DNA of 52,176 nt from a bacterium (GTDB lineage: Bacteria; Patescibacteriota; Microgenomatia; UBA1400; PJMF01), in assembly GCA_027620445.1 (NCBI GenBank), contig JAQBYG010000005.1, positions 1 through 52,176 on the forward strand, in the 5' to 3' direction. A program made the translations under genes and the position numbers. Positions 31,350 through 40,425 of this stretch are shown one piece after another (the stretch's first letter is position 1; each line of letters starts with the position of its first letter). Below the pieces are notes generated by a model. It was given only the letters and a program-made list of their open reading frames with translations. It was not told where the DNA came from and did not search any database.

Positions 31350-32137
31350 TGTCCTTGAGCTGCGTAATTTTTGAGACCTTTATCCCAAAGGAATTTATTG
31401 AGCAGAAAGAAAAAGACGATCCAAAAACAGATAATTATTGAGTGTTGCAAAATGCTCTCTGGAGAAACTTTTCCGAGGAACAATTGACTCTGCATAAACG
31501 TAAGGTATGGAAATGGTGTCAGAAACAGCACAGTTTGCAACCACTCTGGCAGAATGTTGAGCGGAAATAATTTTCCAGCCGAAAAGTCGATAAAAATAAA
31601 GAATAAAAATTTCGGTCCCCACGTTTCTGGACTCCAGAAACCCAGCGTGCCAAAGAGTAGTGAGAATAAAAAATTGAGGATAGTGCCGCCAAATGCCCAA
31701 ACGAGAAACATCCCGAAGACCGCAAGTTGTGGGAACATTATTTGTGGTTGAAACAGCGCGATGAGGATGCCACTCTCGATGAGAGTAAACAGTACGTTGC
31801 GTGCTTTATCTGCAATTTCTTCGATCGCAAAGTATGAACCCAGCGACATAGGTTTTAGCAGGAGGGTACTTATTTCTCCCGAGTAAATTCTGCCTGCTAG
31901 ACCATGTAGTGCGGTTGCAAGGATGAGGCCTTGCAACAGGGCTGCGACAAAAATATAGCTAATCATTTCTGCGCGAGTGTACCCAAAGAGTTCTGTTTGA
32001 TTGACAAACAACACGCTCCAAACAGAGAGAGCCATTAGACTGCTCAAGAATTGGCGAAATCGCCACATCAAGAGATTCGTTCTGTACACGAGTCCATTTT
32101 GCCAACTCAGTGATAAGAGTTTTAGGTGAGAGTTCAC
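31346..32137 (-). CDS. ABC-2 family permease
   Basis: YR..L, IYSGEISTLLLKP, FSAGKLFPL..LPEWL; GTG 32137 overlaps the ATPase TGA (GTGA coupling). Confidence 0.85.
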   Translation of the reverse strand: MNSHLKLLSLSWQNGLVYRTNLLMWRFRQFLSSLMALSVWSVLFVNQTELFGYTRAEMISYIFVAALLQGLILATALHGLAGRIYSGEISTLLLKPMSLGSYFAIEEIADKARNVLFTLIESGILIALFQPQIMFPQLAVFGMFLVWAFGGTILNFLFSLLFGTLGFWSPETWGPKFLFFIFIDFSAGKLFPLNILPEWLQTVLFLTPFPYLTFMQSQLFLGKVSPESILQHSIIICFWIVFFFLLNKFLWDKGLKNYAAQGQ

Positions 32138-33126
32138 GCTGCTTTTGCTTGAGTGCCAAATACCTCGCGAATGATCGCTTCGAGTGGTGCTTCTTCGATA
32201 TTGAGATCTTGGACCGGGAGTGATTCCAGTAATCGCGCAGCAATTTTTGTTGCTTCCTTCCGGGGAACGAGCAGTGTAGCAGAAGTCTTGTTCCACTCCT
32301 TCATCGACCCAAATGTCGTAAGCGATTTTTTGGGAACAGATTCACTAAACACAAGTGAAAGTGTTTTGTTTCGTGCATATTTATCGATAATATTTTGCAG
32401 AGAGCCATCGTAGATTTTTTTGCCACGATCGATCATGATGACTCGCTTGCAGAGCTCCTTCACATCGTCCATGTAGTGACTAGTCAAAATAACCGTGGCG
32501 CCAAACTCGCGGTTATATTCTGCAATAAAGTCTCTGAGAGTCTTTTGCATGATGACGTCGAGTCCGATAGTGGGTTCGTCCAAGAAAAGAACCTTAGGAT
32601 TATGCAAAAGAGCCGCGATGAGTTCGCACTTCATTCTTTGTCCCAGCGAGAGTTTTCTGACCTGAATGTGAATGCAGTCGGCCACATCGAGTAACTCTAC
32701 TAGTTTATCGAGTGTTTTGCGAAACTGTGTCTCAGGAATGTCGTAAATAGCTTGGTTGAGTAAAAACGTTTCCATAGCAGGCAAGTCCCACCAGAGCTGA
32801 TTTTTTTGTCCAAGCACCAGAGAGAACTGTTTTTGGAACGCACTTTTTCGGTCCCAGGGATTAAAGCCTAGTACTGAGATGTCTCCACTGGTGGGATACA
32901 GCAGGCCAGAAAGCATTTTGAGCGTCGTTGTTTTGCCAGCGCCATTTTGGCCGATAAATCCGACGACTTCACCCTGCTCAATCATGAATGAAACACCATC
33001 AACGGCAGCGACCGTTTCGTACTCACGATGCCAGAGAGATCGAAATGAGGCAAGCAGTCCGGGTTGTTTTTTATAGACCGTGAAGTGTTTTTTTAGATTT
33101 GCAACAGTGATGACTGGTTGAGACAT
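32134..33126 (-). CDS. ABC transporter ATP-binding protein
   Basis: GQNGAGKT Walker A, LSLGQ signature, LFLDEPT Walker B, TSH. Confidence 0.95.
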   Translation of the reverse strand: MSQPVITVANLKKHFTVYKKQPGLLASFRSLWHREYETVAAVDGVSFMIEQGEVVGFIGQNGAGKTTTLKMLSGLLYPTSGDISVLGFNPWDRKSAFQKQFSLVLGQKNQLWWDLPAMETFLLNQAIYDIPETQFRKTLDKLVELLDVADCIHIQVRKLSLGQRMKCELIAALLHNPKVLFLDEPTIGLDVIMQKTLRDFIAEYNREFGATVILTSHYMDDVKELCKRVIMIDRGKKIYDGSLQNIIDKYARNKTLSLVFSESVPKKSLTTFGSMKEWNKTSATLLVPRKEATKIAARLLESLPVQDLNIEEAPLEAIIREVFGTQAKAA

Positions 33127-33147
33127 ACGATCCTTATTATACCTGGC

Positions 33148-33948
33148 CTAGTTGCCAACACTACTATACCTTTTGAGCGCGAAGTAAAAAAATGTGTGCG
33201 CCAGAATGAGAGACAGCAAACTGCTGACAAACAGCCACACGACCCACTTCGGTTCTGCTCTCTGGAGTAGAATTTCGCTTGGCACACTTGCGACGAGTGA
33301 AAAGGGCAGAATGATGGTAAAAAGAATAGAGGTAGCACCAGCAAAAACACCTCTTGGCACTTGCATGACACGCCTGAGTCCAGGGACTACCTCATTAATA
33401 TTATCAAGCTTTTCAATCCAGAATGCCGTGGTTGAGCATATAAACCAGATGGCATATATCAATAACGCTGCCGCCAAAAGCGCAAGTAGAAATAATGCTA
33501 CTTCAATAATAGAGGGCGAGGCACCGACTCTTTGCACAGAAATGACAATGACGACGCAACCAATTAGAAAGCGAAACACATTGTTGTAATTATTTGTTCC
33601 CATAGTGAGTAAAAAAATAGTGTTGATAGGCTTTGTCAGAAGAGTTGTAAGGGAGCCGGTAAAGATATGTTGTGTGTACTCGTGCATATTACGATGGAAG
33701 AAAGTCCAAGTTAGTGCATCAAGAACGGTAAACACACCGAGTAGTAGATACATTTCATCTGTGCTCCAGCCTGCAATAGTATTGGAAACACGCAAAATGA
33801 GTGAGAAAAAGAAAAAATTAAATCCTGTCCAAAGAATTGAGACTACAGCCCAAAAAATAAAATCACCTCGATACTCAATCATTCGCATCATTTCGAGTTT
33901 ACGAAAATGCCAAAATATGTTCCAGTATTTCTTATAAGTGGACATCAT
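33148..33948 (-). CDS. ABC-2 family permease (DUF990-like)
   Basis: EYRGDF, IAGWS, IFTGSLTTLLTKP; ATGA overlap with the upstream gene's stop. Confidence 0.85.
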   Translation of the reverse strand: MMSTYKKYWNIFWHFRKLEMMRMIEYRGDFIFWAVVSILWTGFNFFFFSLILRVSNTIAGWSTDEMYLLLGVFTVLDALTWTFFHRNMHEYTQHIFTGSLTTLLTKPINTIFLLTMGTNNYNNVFRFLIGCVVIVISVQRVGASPSIIEVALFLLALLAAALLIYAIWFICSTTAFWIEKLDNINEVVPGLRRVMQVPRGVFAGATSILFTIILPFSLVASVPSEILLQRAEPKWVVWLFVSSLLSLILAHTFFYFALKRYSSVGN

Positions 33949-34760
33949 CCTCCTGCCGAACTGTACTTTTGTATACCCTTGTTCCACAGTAACTTGCTGC
34001 ACAAAATCAAGAACATGATGGTTCCAAGCAGCAAGCCCCAATCTTCAAAAGTAGGAAGTACCCCCTTTTGTACCAGTTGAATTGGAACTGCAAAGAGAAA
34101 CTTCAGCGGCTGCGCATTAGTTGCTTGCAGCAGCCACTCAGGCATAAGCGGCAGAGGAATGAGCGTACCACTAAAGATAGCAACAATAAACCACTTTACA
34201 TGGAGGAGTCCATTTGCTTCTTCAAACCAAAAAGATAATAAGGAGATGCAGAGAGAGAATAACATCTGCATGCAGTATGCAAAAAACATTAAGAGTATGA
34301 ATGCAGCTAGATGTACTATAGTGAGATCTGGAAGTACAATCAGGCCTTGCTGCCAGAGCACTGTTCCAAGAATAATCAAAAGTGGACTGAGCATTAGTAT
34401 ATAGAGCAGCTTGCCGGCCAAATCATTGAGGACAATATCTTGAATATAGTTGTATGGTTTTATTAGAAAAAAATCAATTTTTCCCATGCGAATTTCTTTT
34501 GGCCGATACTCTTCAAAATGCGTGCTGGTAAACCCCTGGATGACAATCACTAGGAAGTAAAAGACCGTAAGATCAGAAAAGAGAATAGCCTGATTTTCTG
34601 AAACAGAGAGTACCGATTTCCAGATAAAGAGCAAAATGATAAACGGAAAGACATCAAGTAAAATCCAAAGCACCATTTCTGTTCGCCACTGGAGCGCTTT
34701 AATGAATTTAAAACGGATGACTTTTGAGTAAAATCGGATCTGGAGAGAAACTTTTTTCAT
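33945..34760 (-). CDS. ABC-2 family permease
   Basis: IRMGKIDFFLIKP, FSGTLIPL.LMPEWL, YSSAGG end; ATG 34760. Confidence 0.85.
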   Translation of the reverse strand: MKKVSLQIRFYSKVIRFKFIKALQWRTEMVLWILLDVFPFIILLFIWKSVLSVSENQAILFSDLTVFYFLVIVIQGFTSTHFEEYRPKEIRMGKIDFFLIKPYNYIQDIVLNDLAGKLLYILMLSPLLIILGTVLWQQGLIVLPDLTIVHLAAFILLMFFAYCMQMLFSLCISLLSFWFEEANGLLHVKWFIVAIFSGTLIPLPLMPEWLLQATNAQPLKFLFAVPIQLVQKGVLPTFEDWGLLLGTIMFLILCSKLLWNKGIQKYSSAGG

Positions 34761-34783
34761 ATGCGCTCTTGAGCTCTGAACCA

Positions 34784-34811
34784 AAAGCACCCTTTCGAAA
34801 AAGGGTGCTTT
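34784..34811 (-). terminator. Intrinsic terminator after hup
   Basis: 12-bp perfect stem AAAGCACCCTTT/AAAGGGTGCTTT with a TTCG loop on the minus strand, ending in Ts. Confidence 0.75.
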
Positions 34812-34834
34812 CTATTATCAAACTAAACCAAAGC

Positions 34835-35110
34835 CTACCAAACTGCTTTTTTGAGCGGTTTGCCTACTTTGAGGTTTACCACGCGGTGCGACTTAATCGT
34901 CTGACGTTTGGCTTCGTTGCCGAACGGGACAACTTGTTTGTCGTTGACCGTGCTGACATACAGCGTGCCAAAACCTGAGATGACTACCTTTTCACCCTTT
35001 TTAAGAGCACGGGTAACTTCATCAAACAGTGCTTCGATAGCATCTGATGATGCCTTCTTGGTAAGATGTGCTTTTTTGGCAACAACCGCGATGAGCTGTG
35101 ATTTTGTCAT
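34835..35110 (-). CDS. hup: DNA-binding protein HU
   Basis: MTKSQLI..VA, GEKVVISGFGT, K.GK.LKKAV; SD AAAGGA. Confidence 0.93.
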   Translation of the reverse strand: MTKSQLIAVVAKKAHLTKKASSDAIEALFDEVTRALKKGEKVVISGFGTLYVSTVNDKQVVPFGNEAKRQTIKSHRVVNLKVGKPLKKAVW

Positions 35111-35164
35111 GGGCTATTTCCTTTCATGTCAGCACAATATTACTTTTTTACTCTCAGCAAACCA

Positions 35165-35192
35165 AGTGTACTGGAAGGAAGTTTCAAGTCAA
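35165..35192 (-). promoter_or_regulatory. Putative hup promoter
   Basis: TTGACT-16 bp-TACACT on the minus strand. Confidence 0.55.
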
Positions 35193-35208
35193 GTAGATAA
35201 ACGATTTG

Positions 35209-35604
35209 CTAGATGTATCGATATAGTTTGAGAAATGCCAGGCTAGCTCCGAGCATATCAAAACCGACATCGCGCGCAGTCCCGAATCTGCCTGCGACAA
35301 AATTCTGGTGTACCTCGTCAGAAACTGCATAGAGCAGGACGAGAAAAAAAGGGAGCAACCAAACTCGTTTTTCTGTTACCGTCGCATCGCTCGTTATCAG
35401 TTGTGATCGATAGAGTAAAAAGTAGAGTATGGCGTACACCGTGATGTGAGCAATTTTTTTGAAGATAAAATCATAGGTTTCTACATAGAATCCAGGCAAA
35501 ATAGATTGAGCAGAGAGATAAAAGATGAGACTCGCCCAAAGCACGACTGGCAGATAGGCGTTCGCAACAGAATGATAGCTAACTGAGTGTTTTCCCTCGG
35601 GCAT
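35209..35604 (-). CDS. VanZ-like membrane protein
   Basis: LIFYLS, KKIAHITVYAIL, YAVSDEVHQNFVAGR, DVGFD. Confidence 0.88.
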   Translation of the reverse strand: MPEGKHSVSYHSVANAYLPVVLWASLIFYLSAQSILPGFYVETYDFIFKKIAHITVYAILYFLLYRSQLITSDATVTEKRVWLLPFFLVLLYAVSDEVHQNFVAGRFGTARDVGFDMLGASLAFLKLYRYI

Positions 35605-36751
35605 AGAGACTGCTTATGATGACAAGTAGACCTCCCAGTATACCATTGGCGGGAGTCTGTTTCCTGCTAGCTGGTGGTATTTGCTCGCTTTTGGTTTGTG
35701 CGGTGACAGTGTTTTCAGACTCGTAAAATGCAACTGTCTTTCTTATTGAGTACGGGTATGACTCACGCTTCGCTGTACTTCCAAGCACAGAGCCCTTGTC
35801 TGTTGTAGTGTTTTGATTATTAGTTTCCGGGGGTTTCTGAGTAAGAGGAGCTGGAGAGGGAGAAGGATTTGGAGATGCTACCGGTGAGGTCCAGGTCGTT
35901 CCGATGAGATTCAGACTACTGCCAGTAGTACACTCGCTGTAACTAGCTTCGTCAACGAGCACACCCAACTCGGTTGTAATCTTGATGCTGTCTCCGGTGT
36001 TGTTGAGCATGCTGCTACTCCAACTAAATACCGTGTGCTCATTTGCCGGCAGTTTCCCGGAAAGTCGCCGAGTGTTTCCGGTACTATCTGTTGCAATCCA
36101 GTTGAAAATTTCAAGCAGTTCGCCACCATTGAATAGCTTTATCCACTCAGGCTGACCTGAGACTGGGCAGGCCATTATTTCTGAGAGAGAGACGGGTGGT
36201 TTTGGTGCATTTGTAGCTGGTGTAGCTGAGGGGGTGGGAGAGGGAGTTGGGCTTGGCGCCACAGATGGTGAGGGAGTTGGTGATGGCGAGGGGGTTGGAC
36301 TTGGTGTTGCACTACTAGTGGCAACACGACCCGCACTTGGAGTCCCCTCATAGACTTCATTTGACAGCAAATTCAAATGCCAAGAGAGTCCCTTGTTCCC
36401 CGTGGGGTATGACAGCGTTGCCGAGGTAGTTGCGGCTGGGTCTCTGAGCACAACTGTGTCTCCGGTGTTATTCAATTTGCTACCGCTTACTGTAATCACA
36501 GATACTTCGTATGGCTTGAGCACAAAATCAACAAAAGTGTGAAGAATGCTCGACGAACTGAGTGTGTCTGTAAGTGTCCAGTTTGCTAGGTATGCCGAAG
36601 CCGATGCGTTGTTGTACAACTCGACCCATTCATTATCTCCTGTATCAGGAGCGGGATACACTTCTGTGATAACTACTTTTTGGGCGTGTGCTTGATCTGG
36701 AAAACACAGGAGTGTTGTAAGGAGTAGGGCTGCAATGTGAATTCTTTTCAC
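35579..36751 (-). CDS. Surface protein with two lamin-tail domains, Pro/Ser/Thr linkers and a C-terminal hydrophobic anchor
   Basis: Signal peptide ending AHA; two repeats of I.E...P....EW.EL/KL.N ... LNNTGD. Confidence 0.8.
   Translation of the reverse strand: MKRIHIAALLLTTLLCFPDQAHAQKVVITEVYPAPDTGDNEWVELYNNASASAYLANWTLTDTLSSSSILHTFVDFVLKPYEVSVITVSGSKLNNTGDTVVLRDPAATTSATLSYPTGNKGLSWHLNLLSNEVYEGTPSAGRVATSSATPSPTPSPSPTPSPSVAPSPTPSPTPSATPATNAPKPPVSLSEIMACPVSGQPEWIKLFNGGELLEIFNWIATDSTGNTRRLSGKLPANEHTVFSWSSSMLNNTGDSIKITTELGVLVDEASYSECTTGSSLNLIGTTWTSPVASPNPSPSPAPLTQKPPETNNQNTTTDKGSVLGSTAKRESYPYSIRKTVAFYESENTVTAQTKSEQIPPASRKQTPANGILGGLLVIISSLYARGKTLS
36210..36310 (-). repeat. Low-complexity (T/S)P dipeptide repeat linker
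   Basis: ATPSPTPSPSPTPSPSVAPSPTPSPTPSATP within the lamin-tail protein. Confidence 0.8.
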
Positions 36752-36795
36752 CGCTAAAGTTTAAGCGAAGAAGATGACAAGAACCGTAGTGTGGG

Positions 36796-37971
36796 TTAGT
36801 AGTTGACGTGTAAGTAGTACGTGCTAATTCCATCGCTTTGCTCAACTCGAACGTAGCGCAAGTTGCCACCGCCACAAGCTATGCTGCCTCGATAGAGTTT
36901 GCCAGGTTGGACCGCACGCACACGAGTGTCGCCAGAAGTACTCAGCATGTCGATTCCAGTGTGTGGAGAACCACCATAGGCACGACGGACGCGTGCATAA
37001 TATGTCATGCCATAGCCCTGAGTGATCCGAGCAGCATCATGCAGCGGCCAGTCCCAGTTTCCTCCAAAACCAAAAGGGGAGTCTGGTTCATTGTTCCAAA
37101 CAGGCGAAATTGATTTGAGATACGACGCGGGATCGCGATTGACGCCATCCTTGGCAACCTCAAAGTGCAAGTGGGTGCCAGTAGAACACACACTTGAGCC
37201 AGTAATAATGTTGGCAATCGTGTCTCCTGTATTTACCCCTCCAACTTCCGACTCGCTTCCTTTGCCGGCAATAATGGATTGTATAGCCGAAAGCTCTGCA
37301 AGTGTTTTTGCGAGCTCTGATTGATACAAGGATTCATTATTCTTGGTTTCTTTGAGGAGGAATTGTTGCTCATTTCTTTGCTTTGCCAGGACGTTTTGCT
37401 CTCGCTCCAGACGCTCCTGCACTTTTTCAATCTGCTCTTGCTTTTCTTCCTTGGTAGATTTTTGTTGATCAAAGGCTAATCGCTGTTCTTCCGCTCTTTG
37501 CATTGCAACAGCGGTTTGCATTCGCGCTTCCTTGAGATACTGCAATTGCGAAAAGAATGTGTTTGCCGATTTTGATTGTAAAAAGAGTAGATTAGAGTTG
37601 ACGCGTGTTTGCCTGTACTCCGTTTGAATACGTTCGACGAGTAGTGTGGTCAAGCGATCAAGTGATAAATTGAGTCCGCCAATGCGCTGACTCAGATCGC
37701 TGATCTGAGCTTCAAGCAAAGAAAGCTCTGCCTCAGTTTTTTGAATCTGTACTTCTTGGATTTCGACTTTGCCATTAATAATGCTAATGGTATTAGTCAG
37801 GGTGACCCGCTGCTGTTTTGTCTCTTCGAGTTTTTGTTCTAAACAACTCTGCTTGTTCTTGAGACAATCGACATCACTAGTGCTGTTACAAACAGTGGTG
37901 CACTCGATTGCATGAACAGAAGTGAGTCCCAAAGAAAGCCAGAGCAACCAGGTTAGAACGAACAATTTCAT
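36796..37971 (-). CDS. Secreted coiled-coil protein with a circularly permuted M23 peptidase domain (putative FtsEX partner)
   Basis: Signal peptide from ATG 37971; long CwlO/EnvC-like coiled coil; STGTHLHFEV precedes WDWP..ITQGYG..HTGID..YLH. Confidence 0.85.
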   Translation of the reverse strand: MKLFVLTWLLWLSLGLTSVHAIECTTVCNSTSDVDCLKNKQSCLEQKLEETKQQRVTLTNTISIINGKVEIQEVQIQKTEAELSLLEAQISDLSQRIGGLNLSLDRLTTLLVERIQTEYRQTRVNSNLLFLQSKSANTFFSQLQYLKEARMQTAVAMQRAEEQRLAFDQQKSTKEEKQEQIEKVQERLEREQNVLAKQRNEQQFLLKETKNNESLYQSELAKTLAELSAIQSIIAGKGSESEVGGVNTGDTIANIITGSSVCSTGTHLHFEVAKDGVNRDPASYLKSISPVWNNEPDSPFGFGGNWDWPLHDAARITQGYGMTYYARVRRAYGGSPHTGIDMLSTSGDTRVRAVQPGKLYRGSIACGGGNLRYVRVEQSDGISTYYLHVNY

Positions 37972-37981
37972 AAAAGAGTAC

Positions 37982-38854
37982 TTACGCACGTTGCGCAAAT
38001 CTGTTGGTGGCGACAAAACTGGCGAAGCCACCGAGAATTGCGCCAATTAGTACACCAGCACCGAGTTGCAACAGCAGGAATGTCAGCGGAATCGGAAAGG
38101 TAATGATACCGGAGAAAAAAGTGCTGAGTGTTGGTGTCAGGTACAACAAGATAGCAGTGATGGCGACCCAACCGATGAGGGCACCGAGAACTCCGTAGAG
38201 AATGCCTTCGACCACAAATGGTCTGTTGATATACCAGTTTGAGGCGCCGATCAGTCGCATGATAGTTACTGAGTATTTTTTATTGGCAGCTTTGAGCGTA
38301 ATGATAATGGTGATAGTGAGGAACGAAGCGAAGCTGAGGATGCCAACGTCAACGATTCCAGCGATTCGAAGCGCTTTTGTCCATGCACTGAGTTGTTCTA
38401 CGATGTCTTGTTGAAAAATAACATCATCGACAGGGCCTTCTTTTTTGAGTGCTTCGGCAAGCTGGCTGAGTGTATCGACATTATTGGCTGAAACCTCGAT
38501 GCTAGCTGGGAGGATATCTGCCGTGACAAGTTCGAGTAGCAGCGGGGAGTCGTCATACTCTTTTGCGTAATCTTTGAGTGCTTGTTCTTGGGTAATGAGG
38601 CGGACGTCTGTCACCCCTGCAGTGTTGGCGAGAGATTTAGCAAGCGCCTCCATCTCTTGTTTTTCGGTATCGAGCTTAAAAAAAGCAATTACTTGTGGTG
38701 AGGACTCGAAGTGAGAAAGAACGAGGTGGGCGCCAGAAAGAACAAATGAGAGGCGATAGCCTACAAAAAATGTGACTGCTACCATGAGTAGCGCCGCGAG
38801 CGACTGGTATGGTGTCCGGCGCATGGTGGTGAGGGCGTTTGCGAATGCTTGCAT
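37982..38854 (-). CDS. ftsX: Cell division permease FtsX
   Basis: 4 TMs, LPAS, IMRLIGASNWYINRPFVVEG. Confidence 0.92.
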   Translation of the reverse strand: MQAFANALTTMRRTPYQSLAALLMVAVTFFVGYRLSFVLSGAHLVLSHFESSPQVIAFFKLDTEKQEMEALAKSLANTAGVTDVRLITQEQALKDYAKEYDDSPLLLELVTADILPASIEVSANNVDTLSQLAEALKKEGPVDDVIFQQDIVEQLSAWTKALRIAGIVDVGILSFASFLTITIIITLKAANKKYSVTIMRLIGASNWYINRPFVVEGILYGVLGALIGWVAITAILLYLTPTLSTFFSGIITFPIPLTFLLLQLGAGVLIGAILGGFASFVATNRFAQRA

Positions 38855-38856
38855 GG

Positions 38857-39741
38857 TTATTTTACTGTTTCCTCGGTAGCAGCTACTTTTTTCTTGCTAT
38901 TCTTTTTTTCTTTTTCTTGCTTTGGTTTTTCGCTTCCTGACTTACTCTCAGCCTTCTCATTCTTGACAGTGTCCACGACTGGTTTTGTAAATAACCTACC
39001 TAACCAGCTTTCTTGCTTTGGTTTTGAGTTCTCTTTCTCTGGCTTCTTTTCTTCTTTTGGTTTGACTGACCGCACTTTTGCTTTTGAATCATGAACAAGT
39101 GTGCCCGAATCGAGATTGAGAATTCTGGTCTTGTCAGATTTTGTAAGGTCGAGATTGTGTGTGGCAAACAAAATTGTTGTACCAAGTTGATTAATTTTTT
39201 TGAGGAGCTCTACGATGGCTGTTGTATTATCGGAGTCGAGGTTGCCAGTCGGCTCATCGGCGAAGATGAGGTCTGGACCAAGTGCGAGCGCGCGAGCAAT
39301 GCCGACGCGCTGCGACTCCCCGCCGGAGAGTTGTGAAGGGAAGAGGTAGGGCTTTTCTACCAAGCCAATCAGTTTGAGCAAGTCTGTCACTCGGCTTTCA
39401 ATCTCAGCTTGCGGTTGGCCTGCAATCTCGAGCGGCAGTGCAATATTTTCCCAAACGTTTAGTTCTGGCAAGAGCTTGTAGTCTTGAAAGACGACTCCGA
39501 CCTTGCGCCTGAGCTCGGTGACTTTTTTCTGCGGCATGTTTGACAATTCCTCATCAAACAACGAGATTTGCCCAGAGGTTGGGGTGTACTCGCGAATAAT
39601 CAGGCGCATGAGGGTCGTTTTACCGCTGCCAGAAGGTCCAGTTATGAACACAAACTCGCCACTATCTACCGCAAAGGAAACCTGTTTGAGACCGAAGTTA
39701 TTTGGAGAAAACTCTTTCGAGACGTCTTGAAATCGAATCAT
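38857..39741 (-). CDS. ftsE: Cell division ATPase FtsE with C-terminal extension
   Basis: [41 protein letters not shown]. Confidence 0.93.
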   Translation of the reverse strand: MIRFQDVSKEFSPNNFGLKQVSFAVDSGEFVFITGPSGSGKTTLMRLIIREYTPTSGQISLFDEELSNMPQKKVTELRRKVGVVFQDYKLLPELNVWENIALPLEIAGQPQAEIESRVTDLLKLIGLVEKPYLFPSQLSGGESQRVGIARALALGPDLIFADEPTGNLDSDNTTAIVELLKKINQLGTTILFATHNLDLTKSDKTRILNLDSGTLVHDSKAKVRSVKPKEEKKPEKENSKPKQESWLGRLFTKPVVDTVKNEKAESKSGSEKPKQEKEKKNSKKKVAATEETVK

Positions 39742-39752
39742 AAGCAGTGTCT

Positions 39753-39781
39753 AGTGTAAAGAACTGCACGATACTTCGCAA
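39753..39781 (-). promoter_or_regulatory. Putative ftsEX promoter
   Basis: TTGCGA-17 bp-TACACT, 11 nt before the ftsE ATG. Confidence 0.6.
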
Positions 39782-39791
39782 CCACAGTCTG

Positions 39792-40379
39792 TTAGTTTTC
39801 TGTGGGAGCTTTACCGTCTACATCGATGACTTCGACTCGACCAACATCCATCAGCCAACCAGCTCTCTGTGCCTTAAAGGTTTCACCCCAAACTTTGACT
39901 TCCATGCCAGTTAGTTTATCGAGATCAGTGACTGAAGAAGTGAGATATACAGTTTGTGAATCACCACCCGGACGGAGCAGTTTGTGCGATCCTTCTCCAT
40001 TAATACCGCCTGCTTCGAGATAGCCAGTAGCTGGGTCGTTGAAAGCATCAGTGTCAGGACTGCCGAAGACATCTCCATTTTTGACATTGTCACCAGCGAC
40101 TTGCGACATAACTGCTGCAGATTCAGTTGGGGCAGTTGTGCTAGAACCAGCAAATAGGCGGAAGCTCCCGTAGCCTGTTGCAATGCCAGCCACAATGGCT
40201 GCAATGCTAAACCCAAGTGCAACATTTCTTTTCTTCATGGATGATTTCTCTTCTATTTGTTTATGACTAGTACCAGACTCAAGAGCTCGATTATTGCTTG
40301 CGGGTGGGAGTTCGTCAACCGCAGTTTCAATCGGTTCTATGATGGGGGTTTGTGGTGTGGTCAGATCAAGTTTATGCAT
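39792..40379 (-). CDS. Hypothetical single-TM protein with a beta-rich C-terminal domain
   Basis: One TM (VALGFSIAAIVAGIATGYG); C-terminal region GEGSHKL.RPGG.SQTVYLTSS..WGETF..GWLMDVGRV; start may be 40238. Confidence 0.7.
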   Translation of the reverse strand: MHKLDLTTPQTPIIEPIETAVDELPPASNNRALESGTSHKQIEEKSSMKKRNVALGFSIAAIVAGIATGYGSFRLFAGSSTTAPTESAAVMSQVAGDNVKNGDVFGSPDTDAFNDPATGYLEAGGINGEGSHKLLRPGGDSQTVYLTSSVTDLDKLTGMEVKVWGETFKAQRAGWLMDVGRVEVIDVDGKAPTEN

Positions 40380-40425
40380 GTTTTTTTTGCAGATTTTTAG
40401 TATAGCAGATCACTTTATGTCTCAG

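Noticed and set aside
32138-32296. Extended start of the ABC permease (likewise 33949-34041, 37972-38046, 43728-43763)
   Set aside because: These extensions overlap neighbouring genes or promoters; coupled or leaderless downstream starts fit better.
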